IMG/VR virus record: IMGVR_UViG_3300012953_000143
Coordinates: 1-29,723 of that record
Direction: 5' to 3' (one strand)
Length of the DNA stretch: 29,723 nt
Source: a virus
Taxonomy: Duplodnaviria; Caudoviricetes
A program made the position numbers and the translations under genes. How positions within the stretch are numbered: the stretch's first letter is position 1; each line of letters begins with the position of its first letter. This document shows positions 1 through 7,911 of the stretch, one piece after another. The notes beneath the pieces are model-generated. The model ran no database searches. It saw only the letters and a list, made by a program, of their open reading frames with translations, and had not been told where the DNA came from.

Positions 1-18
1 GGCAGATTCGGAGTATAA
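1..18 (+). CDS. 3' end of an upstream LamG-like paralogue (partial)
   Basis: GGC AGA TTC GGA GTA TAA = GRFGV*, matching the RFGV* C-terminus of the four following genes. Confidence 0.8.
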   Translation, partial: GRFGV

Positions 19-20
19 TT

Positions 21-725
21 ATGGCAACACATAATGGTGCATTACCAATAGTAACTGATGGAATATCAAATTTATATGATGCAGCTGATAAAAATAGTTA
101 TGTAGGTTCAGGTAATGATTGGAGCGATATAATGGGTGATTTTAATCTAACAGGTCTTGTTGGTGGTGGTGGAACAGAACCAACATTCAACTCATTAGCT
201 GGTGGTTGTTTTGATTTTGATGGTAGTGGTGATAAACTCCAATTAACTCATGCAACAAAGTTCGACTTTGCTGGAGATTTTGCCGTAGAGTGTTGGATTT
301 ATCACGATGATGTAGGTAACGAGGGTGGTGCAACGGTTTGGTTTAACACAACCTCATTGGATGAACTACAATTTGCAGTAGAAGATACAGGTGATAATCC
401 AAGAGTAGTAATAGCATCAAGTGGTGGTAATACTGGTTTTGTAAGTACGAGTAATTTAACAGATTTACAAAACAGATGGTCTTGCCATACTGCAACAAGA
501 ATCGGTAGTGATATACGATATTACATAGATGGTGTTTCAAGAGTAAGTAGAACTGATAGCACTGCAGGAGATAATAATAATGCAATATTATTTGGAGAAC
601 AGGCAGGTGGTAATCATAGTTTAGATGGAAAAATAGCTAATATAAAGATTTATAATGGTAAGGGATTAACTTCAACCGAAGTATTACAAAATTTTAATGC
701 TTTAAGAGGTAGGTTCGGAGTCTAA
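21..725 (+). CDS. LamG/concanavalin A-like lectin-fold protein (putative virion/receptor-binding protein)
   Basis: 234 aa; LamG hallmarks FDFDGSGD, FAVECWIY, IRYYIDG, GKIANIKIYN..LT..EV.QNFN; GGAG at 10-13. Confidence 0.85.
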   Translation: MATHNGALPIVTDGISNLYDAADKNSYVGSGNDWSDIMGDFNLTGLVGGGGTEPTFNSLAGGCFDFDGSGDKLQLTHATKFDFAGDFAVECWIYHDDVGNEGGATVWFNTTSLDELQFAVEDTGDNPRVVIASSGGNTGFVSTSNLTDLQNRWSCHTATRIGSDIRYYIDGVSRVSRTDSTAGDNNNAILFGEQAGGNHSLDGKIANIKIYNGKGLTSTEVLQNFNALRGRFGV

Positions 726-726
726 A

Positions 727-1440
727 ATGGGAGTGAATTACGGAGCAAAACAAATAGTAAGGAATGGATTAAAATATTGTATTGATGGTAGAGACACTTA
801 CTGTTATAATGGTAGTGGAACAAGCGTAACCAATTTGGGTTCTAATACTATAGGTGGTGGTGATTTTGGTGGTGATACTACAGGTTCACCAAGTAATGGA
901 TATTTTAGTTTTGATGGTACTGGTGATTATATTTTGAGTGGTGGATTTATATCCACGGCTATGTTATCAGCAGGATATACATTTGAACTTTGGGGTTTAT
1001 GGACGAATTCTGAAGCTGGTGGAGAACATCAACATGGATGCCATAGTGGTAATAGTCCTGGTGGTAGAATGTACTTGGGTTGGTATCAAGATAAAATGAT
1101 GGTTGGTGCTGGTAGTGGATATAATCAAGTAACCGTGGGTGGTAGTCAAAACAATAAGTGGTACTATATGTCTCAGACAGTTGATAGTAGTGGTAATGTA
1201 GTTGGGTATTTAGATGGTACACAGGTTGTGACGGCATCAGGTCGAAGTTTTGGTAATAGTCTAACGGATGCAGGAACTCTCAAAATAACTTGGGGAGGAT
1301 ATACGAGTAGTGGTAATACTCCACATAGTTTCGCATATACTAATGGTTACCTTGGATGTGGTCGTTGGTACAATAGACCACTTACATCTGCAGAAATAAC
1401 ACAAAATTTTAACGCCCAAAGAGATAGGTTCGGAGTATAA
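727..1440 (+). CDS. LamG/concanavalin A-like lectin-fold protein
   Basis: 237 aa; FSFDGTGDY, YTFELW, KWYYM, GYLDG, RWYNRPLT..EI.QNFNAQRDRFGV. Confidence 0.85.
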   Translation: MGVNYGAKQIVRNGLKYCIDGRDTYCYNGSGTSVTNLGSNTIGGGDFGGDTTGSPSNGYFSFDGTGDYILSGGFISTAMLSAGYTFELWGLWTNSEAGGEHQHGCHSGNSPGGRMYLGWYQDKMMVGAGSGYNQVTVGGSQNNKWYYMSQTVDSSGNVVGYLDGTQVVTASGRSFGNSLTDAGTLKITWGGYTSSGNTPHSFAYTNGYLGCGRWYNRPLTSAEITQNFNAQRDRFGV

Positions 1441-1441
1441 A

Positions 1442-2089
1442 ATGGCATTCAGTAATGGGGCACCAAAACCAATAGTCACAAAAGGACTCACGAGTTACAT
1501 CGATAGTTTAGACCCTATGTGTTACAAAGGAAGTGGAACGACTCTTGTGGACTTAGCAGGAACCGCTGATTTTACCATAAGTGGTGATCCAACTTATAGT
1601 AATGGTTATTGGGATATGGATGGTTCAGGTGATATATTTACTTGTAGTAATGATTTAGGAAGTCCAACTACCGTAAGTAATGATTTTTGGATTAATATAG
1701 AGGGCGAAACAAACAATACAAGAAATATAAATTCTTCAGGAACAAACAAAGGTGTTGCGAGATGGTCTATTTATTTAACAACTAATACTACTTTGAGATT
1801 GTATCGTGGTGGTTATTTTAACTGCACAACTGCTTTAAGTACAACAGCATGGAATTATGTTTGTGTAACCAATGATGGTAGTACTACACATTGGTATATA
1901 AATGGTGCTGCCTCAAATAATGGTTCTCAAAATATAGGTAAATCAGCACAAAGTACCTTTATTATAGCAGATGGATATAATGGTAATTTTAATGGTAGAA
2001 TAGGTCCTCATAGAATGTATAATAGAATATTGAATGCATCAGAAGTATTACAAAATTTTAACGCACAAAGAGGTAGGTTCGGAGTATAA
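1442..2089 (+). CDS. LamG/concanavalin A-like lectin-fold protein
   Basis: 215 aa; DMDGSGD, AWNYVCVT.DG, WYING, FNGRIG..RMYNRIL..EV.QNFNAQRGRFGV. Confidence 0.85.
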   Translation: MAFSNGAPKPIVTKGLTSYIDSLDPMCYKGSGTTLVDLAGTADFTISGDPTYSNGYWDMDGSGDIFTCSNDLGSPTTVSNDFWINIEGETNNTRNINSSGTNKGVARWSIYLTTNTTLRLYRGGYFNCTTALSTTAWNYVCVTNDGSTTHWYINGAASNNGSQNIGKSAQSTFIIADGYNGNFNGRIGPHRMYNRILNASEVLQNFNAQRGRFGV

Positions 2090-2090
2090 T

Positions 2091-2789
2091 ATGTCTGTAC
2101 GAGGTGGAAGTAAATCGATAGTTGGTAAGGGATTGGTATTCTGTGTGGATGCAAAATCTAAACAAAGTTATCCTGGTAGTGGGACATCACTTACTGATGT
2201 TATTGGTAATGCTACAGGAACCATAAGTGGTGCTACATTTACCAATAATACATTTTCATACGATGGTACAGATGATACCATAAATATGGGAAACATTCTA
2301 CATTTTGCAGATACCGATTCTTGGACCGTTTGTGGTTGGGTTTATCTCGATGATACTGGTAATTGGCAAAATTTTATAGGCGATAGATTAAATAGTGGTA
2401 ATTATAACGGTTGGAACATATATGCTACTTCTACTAGCGCTAGAGTTCAGGTATATATCAAAAATGCTGGTGGTGATGAAATACGATCATATGGTAGTAC
2501 AGGTTTGTCGGCAACCACATGGATTCATTTGACTGTAAGTTATGATGGTAGTACAAATGCATCTGGAGTTAAATTTTATCAGAATGGTGTAGCAGACACA
2601 GCAAACACTATTTCCGATAACCTTAGTAATTGGAGTGGTAATACAGGAAACCTTTATATTGGTTCACGAGGTGGGGGTAGTGATTGGTTTGATGGTGACC
2701 ACGGTCCCATAGTAGCATACAACAGAGTATTATCTGCTGCAGAAATATTACAAAATTTTAATGCACACAGAGGTAGGTTCGGAGTATAA
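2091..2789 (+). CDS. LamG/concanavalin A-like lectin-fold protein
   Basis: Start moved from 2034 to the in-frame ATG at 2091 (GGAG 6 nt upstream; N-terminus MSVRGGSKSIVGKGL aligns with the paralogues). WTVCGWVY, TWIHLTVSYDG, KFYQNG, LYIG, YNRVLSAAEI. Confidence 0.85.
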   Translation: MSVRGGSKSIVGKGLVFCVDAKSKQSYPGSGTSLTDVIGNATGTISGATFTNNTFSYDGTDDTINMGNILHFADTDSWTVCGWVYLDDTGNWQNFIGDRLNSGNYNGWNIYATSTSARVQVYIKNAGGDEIRSYGSTGLSATTWIHLTVSYDGSTNASGVKFYQNGVADTANTISDNLSNWSGNTGNLYIGSRGGGSDWFDGDHGPIVAYNRVLSAAEILQNFNAHRGRFGV

Positions 2790-2826
2790 TTTACCTAAAA
2801 AAATCGTTTTTTCAACAATTTGATAT

Positions 2827-2834
2827 ATATTTAT
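2827..2834 (+). promoter_or_regulatory. ATATTTAT box, putative phage promoter element
   Basis: Same octamer lies in intergenic DNA before 5 gene starts (2827, 3258, 5902, 7549, 26510). Confidence 0.6.
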
Positions 2835-2872
2835 TCAAGATAAAACTCTAAACATAATAAGGAGAACAAGTT

Positions 2873-3217
2873 ATGGCAGTAACAGAAGAATCTAAGTTGG
2901 CACAGAAAGCAGAAGAACAATCCGTATCTGAAACAAAGTTTACAGATGAGGAATTAAAGTCTTTGGCTGACTTACAACAAGGATACCAAACAAAACAACA
3001 ACAATTTGGACAATTAAGGGTTCAAAGGTTGTTATTGAACCAACAATTGGAAGGTTTAGACGAGGCAGAACTCAGAATTGAAACCGAATATACTGAATTA
3101 CAGAAAAGTGAATCAGATTTGGTTAAATCTCTCAATGAGAAGTATGGTCCTGGTAATTTAGATCCAAATACAGGTGTTTTTACACCAGTTCAACCAGCAG
3201 AACAACCAGCTTCTTAA
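2873..3217 (+). CDS. Small acidic coiled-coil hypothetical protein
   Basis: 114 aa, Q/E/L heptad-rich; strong RBS AAGGAG upstream. Confidence 0.8.
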   Translation: MAVTEESKLAQKAEEQSVSETKFTDEELKSLADLQQGYQTKQQQFGQLRVQRLLLNQQLEGLDEAELRIETEYTELQKSESDLVKSLNEKYGPGNLDPNTGVFTPVQPAEQPAS

Positions 3218-3234
3218 AATAATTCATCTCGAAC

Positions 3235-3268
3235 CTATCGTTTGAGATTTTTAAAAGATATTTATATT
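3235..3268 (+). promoter_or_regulatory. Putative promoter of the tail sheath gene
   Basis: CTATCGTTTGAGA (3235-3247) followed by ATATTTAT (3258-3265); the 13-mer recurs exactly at 25763-25775. Confidence 0.65.
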
Positions 3269-3333
3269 AAAATATTTTAGCCTTTTTTAGGCTTAGTTAT
3301 TTACTTTATAAAAACACAATTGGGAGAAAAATA

Positions 3334-5781
3334 ATGGCAGAAAGAATCGTTTCGCCGGGTGTATTTACACGAGAACGAGATTTATCCTTTCTTCCTCAAG
3401 GAATTGCAGACATTGGAGCAGCAATTGTTGGACCTACAGTAAAAGGTCCTGCTTTTGTACCTACAATGATAAGTAATTTCTCTGAGTACGAAGAAATGTT
3501 TGGATCTACTGATGATCGTTTTTACACACCTTACGCGGTTGAACAATACCTACGAAGTGCAGGTACTGTTACGATTGTAAGAGTATTAAATACCGCTGGA
3601 TATTCAGCTGACTTTGTAGAGGTTGGATTGAGTGGTTCACTAACTGATACAGTAGGTGGTGTGAAAAGAACTCTTGCAATATTCGCACCTTCAAGGGGTG
3701 GTGATGAAGGTACTGTTAGATTAAAAGAATCATTTTTAGCTAATGATTCAGCTAGTGGATACACAAGTTTCACATTGACTATGAGTGGTAGTAACTTTGG
3801 AGCAAAAGGAATAAGTGCATTTGAATCTATCGTATCATTTAATACCGGAAGTGCTAATTACATCGGTGATGTTTTTAGTTCTGATCCACAAGTTCAAAAA
3901 TCAGGTTTAAGTACTGTTCCAGCTTACTTATATAAAAACTTTAAGGGAGCACAAGGTAACTTACCTGGTAATGGATTTGTAAGTTCATCGGGAACAAACA
4001 TTCATACAGATGCATCTACACAAGCTTTTATAACATCAAGTGGATATGGAACTGCTGATTTTACAAGTGTAACTTACTCACCTGCAATCACACCATATGT
4101 ACAATCACAATTAATCAATAATTCAAGGTTTAACTTGTTCAGAATTAAAACTCGTTCAGATGGACCTGATATGAATTACAAATTAAAATGTGCTATCGTA
4201 AATGTTAAGAAGGCAGGTACAATAGCAGGTAGTGATTATGGTTCATTTTCGGTACAAGTTAGACAAACCGGATTAGATGATAACAATCTAACCAAAGATA
4301 ATATATTAGAACAATTTGATGGATGTAACTTTGATCCTAAGAGTACTAATTTCTTTGCTCGTAAGATTGGAGATAGGTATGTATCGATTGATTCAGATGG
4401 TAAATTAACATACAATGGTGATTGGGATAATCGTTCTAAGCACATTTATGTTGATCCTGTATCTTACGATGATGTTAAGAATGGTTCAATTCCAAAGACA
4501 TTAGTTCCAATGGGACACTCAGCCCTTTCAAATCCTGCTTCCGGTACTATTCCAGCATGGTCTTTCAAATCAAATCAGTTAAATAATCAATCAACATTTG
4601 ATGGTAATATACTTCATGGACATGATTACGCTGATATAGACGCAAAAGAATATTTATCACCATTGATGACTGGAGCTAGTAATGGACTTCATGTAACAAT
4701 GAGTTTAGAGGATTTTAATGGAGTTGCTAGTTTTACACCAAGCACCGCCACATTCTCAAACGCAAGTGAAAAAATAACATTAGCTCTTTCTCATATTAAA
4801 CAGAGAAAGTTCGTACTACCATTTCAAGGTGGTTTTGATGGAGCAAATCCAGCAGGAATTAAGAAAACTGGAGCAGACATCACTAATGTGAACACACAAG
4901 GGTTTGATATATCCTCAACATCAGCAGCTGGATACACGGCATATAAGAAAGCATTAAACGCAATCAGTAATCCTGATGAGTTTGATATCAATATGTTGGT
5001 AACACCTGGAGTATTACATTCATTACATCCAAGTATTACTAATTTTGCTATTCAGAAGGCCGAAGAAAGAGGTGATACATTCTATATTTTAGATCCTGTT
5101 AAGTATGGTGATAGTATAGCAACAGTAACTTCAACCGTTGAAGCACTTGATACAAATTACGCAGCAACTTATTATCCTTGGGTTAAAATCGTAGACAGAA
5201 ATACCGCACTACCTGTATGGGTTCCGCCATCAGTAGTATTAGCTGGTACAATCGCGTTTACTGATAAAGTAGCTCACGAATGGTTCGCACCTGCTGGTTT
5301 GAATCGTGGTGGTTTAACAACTGTAACAGAAGCTCAAACTCGTTTGACTCACGATGAACGAGATGAGTTGTATGAAGCAAGAGTTAATCCAATCGCATCC
5401 TTTCCTGGACAAGGTGTTTGTGTTTGGGGACAAAAAACCTTACAAGGTCGTCCTTCAGCACTCGACAGAGTTAATGTTCGTAGATTGTTGATTAGATTGA
5501 AGAAATTTATCGCATCATCTTCAAGGTACTTAGTATTTGAACAAAATACATCAGCAACAAGAAACAGATTCCTAAATATTGTGAATCCTTTCTTAGAATC
5601 AGTACAAGCTAATAGTGGTTTGTCAGCATTCAGAGTTGTTATGGACGATACTAATAACACACCTGAAGTTGTTGATAGAAATCAATTAGTTGGACAGATA
5701 TTTATTCAACCTACAAGAACTGCAGAGTTCATTGTGTTGGATTTCGTTGTCTTACCAACTGGAGCAACTTTCCCAAGTTAA
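3334..5781 (+). CDS. Contractile tail sheath protein (T4 gp18-like)
   Basis: N-terminal SPGVFTRERD..GPAFVP; C-terminal YAATYYPW, WFAPAGLNRG, LYEARVNPI, WGQKTL, RVNVRRL, FEQN, NNT..VVDRNQL...IFIQP.RTAEFI are classic sheath motifs. Confidence 0.97.
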   Translation: MAERIVSPGVFTRERDLSFLPQGIADIGAAIVGPTVKGPAFVPTMISNFSEYEEMFGSTDDRFYTPYAVEQYLRSAGTVTIVRVLNTAGYSADFVEVGLSGSLTDTVGGVKRTLAIFAPSRGGDEGTVRLKESFLANDSASGYTSFTLTMSGSNFGAKGISAFESIVSFNTGSANYIGDVFSSDPQVQKSGLSTVPAYLYKNFKGAQGNLPGNGFVSSSGTNIHTDASTQAFITSSGYGTADFTSVTYSPAITPYVQSQLINNSRFNLFRIKTRSDGPDMNYKLKCAIVNVKKAGTIAGSDYGSFSVQVRQTGLDDNNLTKDNILEQFDGCNFDPKSTNFFARKIGDRYVSIDSDGKLTYNGDWDNRSKHIYVDPVSYDDVKNGSIPKTLVPMGHSALSNPASGTIPAWSFKSNQLNNQSTFDGNILHGHDYADIDAKEYLSPLMTGASNGLHVTMSLEDFNGVASFTPSTATFSNASEKITLALSHIKQRKFVLPFQGGFDGANPAGIKKTGADITNVNTQGFDISSTSAAGYTAYKKALNAISNPDEFDINMLVTPGVLHSLHPSITNFAIQKAEERGDTFYILDPVKYGDSIATVTSTVEALDTNYAATYYPWVKIVDRNTALPVWVPPSVVLAGTIAFTDKVAHEWFAPAGLNRGGLTTVTEAQTRLTHDERDELYEARVNPIASFPGQGVCVWGQKTLQGRPSALDRVNVRRLLIRLKKFIASSSRYLVFEQNTSATRNRFLNIVNPFLESVQANSGLSAFRVVMDDTNNTPEVVDRNQLVGQIFIQPTRTAEFIVLDFVVLPTGATFPS

Positions 5782-5798
5782 TCTTAGGGAGTACAAGT

Positions 5799-5828
5799 AA
5801 AAAACCCCATTTAATCGTGGGGTTTTTT
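5799..5828 (+). terminator. Intrinsic terminator (likely bidirectional)
   Basis: AAAAAACCCCA-tttaatcg-TGGGGTTTTTT hairpin 17 nt after the sheath stop codon. Confidence 0.85.
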
Positions 5829-5901
5829 ATTGCCTTAAAAAACTTCTATAAAACTTCAAAGAATATAAAATAACTAAACGAGTGTTTTTTTGGTTATGCC
5901 T

Positions 5902-5909
5902 ATATTTAT
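5902..5909 (+). promoter_or_regulatory. ATATTTAT box upstream of tail tube gene
   Basis: Recurring octamer preceded by a T-tract; RBS AGGAG downstream. Confidence 0.6.
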
Positions 5910-5946
5910 ATAAGAATAGAGACATTCTTAATTTAGGAGAAATGAA

Positions 5947-6438
5947 ATGCCAGACTTATTAGATCCGTCAGAAATAATGTTCACACCGTTTGAACCAAAG
6001 ACGAAGAACAGATACATCATGTACATCGAGGGTATTCCCTCTTATTTGATTAAGACGGCTAACAGACCAACCATAGCTTTTGAAACCATTGAACTCGACC
6101 ACATCAATGTGAAGAGATATATAAAAGGTAAGGGAGCTTGGGAAGAATTAGAAATAACACTTTACGATCCAGTTGTTCCAAGTGGAGCACAAGCCGTAAT
6201 GGAATGGGTGAGACTATCTCACGAGTCCGTTACTGGTAGAGATGGATATTCAGATTTTTATAAAAAAGATGTAACCTTTAATGTATTAGGACCTGTGGGT
6301 GATAAAGTTGAAGAATGGACACTCAAAGGAACTTACATTACAAACGCAACATTTGGTGATTTGGATTGGGCAAACGCAACAGATCCAGTTGATATCACAT
6401 TAACACTTAGATTCGATTACGCAATACTACAATTCTAA
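5947..6438 (+). CDS. Tail tube protein (T4 gp19-like)
   Basis: 163 aa directly after sheath; FEPK..NRY, KGK..WEEL.ITLYD, V.EW, YKKD, VEEWTLKG, GDLDW, ITLTLRFDY fit the gp19-type tube fold. Confidence 0.92.
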   Translation: MPDLLDPSEIMFTPFEPKTKNRYIMYIEGIPSYLIKTANRPTIAFETIELDHINVKRYIKGKGAWEELEITLYDPVVPSGAQAVMEWVRLSHESVTGRDGYSDFYKKDVTFNVLGPVGDKVEEWTLKGTYITNATFGDLDWANATDPVDITLTLRFDYAILQF

Positions 6439-6542
6439 TCATCTCTAAGGAGATAGTTTTATAATAGGTCTGGCAACTTGTTATAGCAAAAAAGTGAGGT
6501 TTTAATCACAAACATACTAATCAGTTTAGTTAGGAGAAAATA

Positions 6543-7322
6543 ATGGCTGAAGAGAAACGGAAGTTTCCATCAGAGGTCGTAGATTTGCCTTCTAAGGGCT
6601 TATTGTACCCAAAAGGACACCCATTGGCAGGTGGTACTATTGAGATAAAGTACATGACGGCTAAGGAAGAGGATATCTTAACCTCTCGTAATCTTATTCA
6701 AAAGGGAATAGTTTTGGATAAGTTAATGGAAAGTGTAATAATACAAGAAGGCGTAACACTCGATGATTTACTATTGGGTGATAAAAACGCTATTATGATT
6801 GCAACTCGTATATTGGGTTATGGTAAGGATTATGTTGTTGAAGTAACTGATCCTAACTCAGGTGAAAAACAAAAGGAAACTTTTGATTTAACAAAACTCA
6901 ATGATAAGGATTTGGATAGTAAGTTATTTAAGAAGGGTGAGAATTCATTTGAATTTGAGTTACCTAATTCAAAAATAACACTTACATTCAAGTTATTAAC
7001 TCATAGGGACGAGAAAGAAATCGATGAGGAGTTAAAGGCTCTAAGAAAGTTCACGAAACAAAGTGGTGTAACTAACGAAGTCACAACGAGGTTGAAAAAG
7101 GCAATCACGGCTGTTGACGGAGATAGTTCCATAAAGAGAATCAACGAATTTGTTGATTACGAACTATTGTCTCGTGATTCATTGGCATTAAGAGAATATC
7201 TAAGGGAAATCACACCTGATGTAGACATGAGATTCACATTTGTAAGTGAAGAAACAGGTGAAGAAACCGAAATGGATATCCCATTAAATGTTGAGTTTTT
7301 TTGGCCTGCGGGTAGAGGATAA
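6543..7322 (+). CDS. Tail/baseplate assembly chaperone (T4 gp26-like)
   Basis: LPSKG..Y, I.IKYMTAKEEDIL, LLLGDKNAIMIATRI.GYG, LPNSK..LTFKLLT, ends ..FFWP; lies between tube and tape measure. Confidence 0.8.
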   Translation: MAEEKRKFPSEVVDLPSKGLLYPKGHPLAGGTIEIKYMTAKEEDILTSRNLIQKGIVLDKLMESVIIQEGVTLDDLLLGDKNAIMIATRILGYGKDYVVEVTDPNSGEKQKETFDLTKLNDKDLDSKLFKKGENSFEFELPNSKITLTFKLLTHRDEKEIDEELKALRKFTKQSGVTNEVTTRLKKAITAVDGDSSIKRINEFVDYELLSRDSLALREYLREITPDVDMRFTFVSEETGEETEMDIPLNVEFFWPAGRG

Positions 7323-7533
7323 GCCCGCTATACACGACCAAATCTTCTCCCTTTGCTTTCACGGAAAGGGTGGTTTTAATCATACAGAAGTATACAATAT
7401 GCCAATATATCTGCGCCATTTTTACATCAAAAAGGCACAACAATTTTACAGTAGTGAAAAGGAACAGCACGAAAAGGCAAGTAAGAAACATTCAGCCGGT
7501 ATTTCTCGACCAGGCATCCAAAGAGGTGGTTAA
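7288..7533 (+). CDS. Chaperone C-terminal extension (gp51/'T'-like ORF), probably reached by frameshift
   Basis: Overlaps the previous gene in the +1 frame across a T7 run; GGF..EVYNMPIYLR.FY resembles downstream tail-chaperone ORFs; no clear RBS. Confidence 0.7.
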   Translation: MLSFFGLRVEDKPAIHDQIFSLCFHGKGGFNHTEVYNMPIYLRHFYIKKAQQFYSSEKEQHEKASKKHSAGISRPGIQRGG

Positions 7534-7548
7534 TTTTTCCATAATCTG

Positions 7549-7556
7549 ATATTTAT
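7549..7556 (+). promoter_or_regulatory. ATATTTAT box upstream of the small ORF/tape-measure unit
   Basis: Recurring intergenic octamer. Confidence 0.55.
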
Positions 7557-7616
7557 TATTGAGTTATACCATTCAATATTATTCAATTTAATAAAGTAAA
7601 ATCAAAGGAGAAGATG

Positions 7617-7901
7617 ATGGCCTCATCTAAAAAATCATTAATAGAAACAAAATTATTATCAGAAGGTTTATTGGATAGGATAGTTAAATCCGTTTTCAAT
7701 AGAACCGATAAAAAAGCACGAAAGGTTCTTGATATATTATCTCAAGATGATACTGCTGTTGCTACTGCAAACAAAAAATTACAAAAGGCAGAACAAGAAC
7801 TTAAAGTGGCTATAAAGGATCTAGTTGATTATCGAAACCCAAAAAACAAAGCAGCTAGAATGAAAAAAAGAAAAGCCGCAATCGATAAATTATTACCATA
7901 A
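7617..7901 (+). CDS. Small basic helical hypothetical protein
   Basis: RBS AAGGAG spacing favours the second ATG (7617) over 7614; Lys-rich. Confidence 0.75.
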   Translation: MASSKKSLIETKLLSEGLLDRIVKSVFNRTDKKARKVLDILSQDDTAVATANKKLQKAEQELKVAIKDLVDYRNPKNKAARMKKRKAAIDKLLP

Positions 7902-7911
7902 AGACCAATAA

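Larger units (their letters stand above)
678..2789 (+). repeat. Dispersed ~48-nt conserved 3' gene-end repeat (678-725, 1393-1440, 2042-2089, 2742-2789; partial copy 1-18)
   Basis: Consensus GAAgTAttACAAAATTTTAAyGC-nnnn-AGAGgTAGGTTCGGAGTaTAA read directly at each LamG gene end. Confidence 0.9.

Noticed and set aside
2034-2090. Longer N-terminus of the fourth LamG gene
   Set aside because: Overlaps the previous gene; the ATG at 2091 has the RBS and matches paralogue starts.
1-2789. Diversity-generating retroelement or invertase shufflon behind the LamG repeats
   Set aside because: No reverse transcriptase or site-specific recombinase in the window, differences are not adenine-specific, and all copies are direct and protein-coding.
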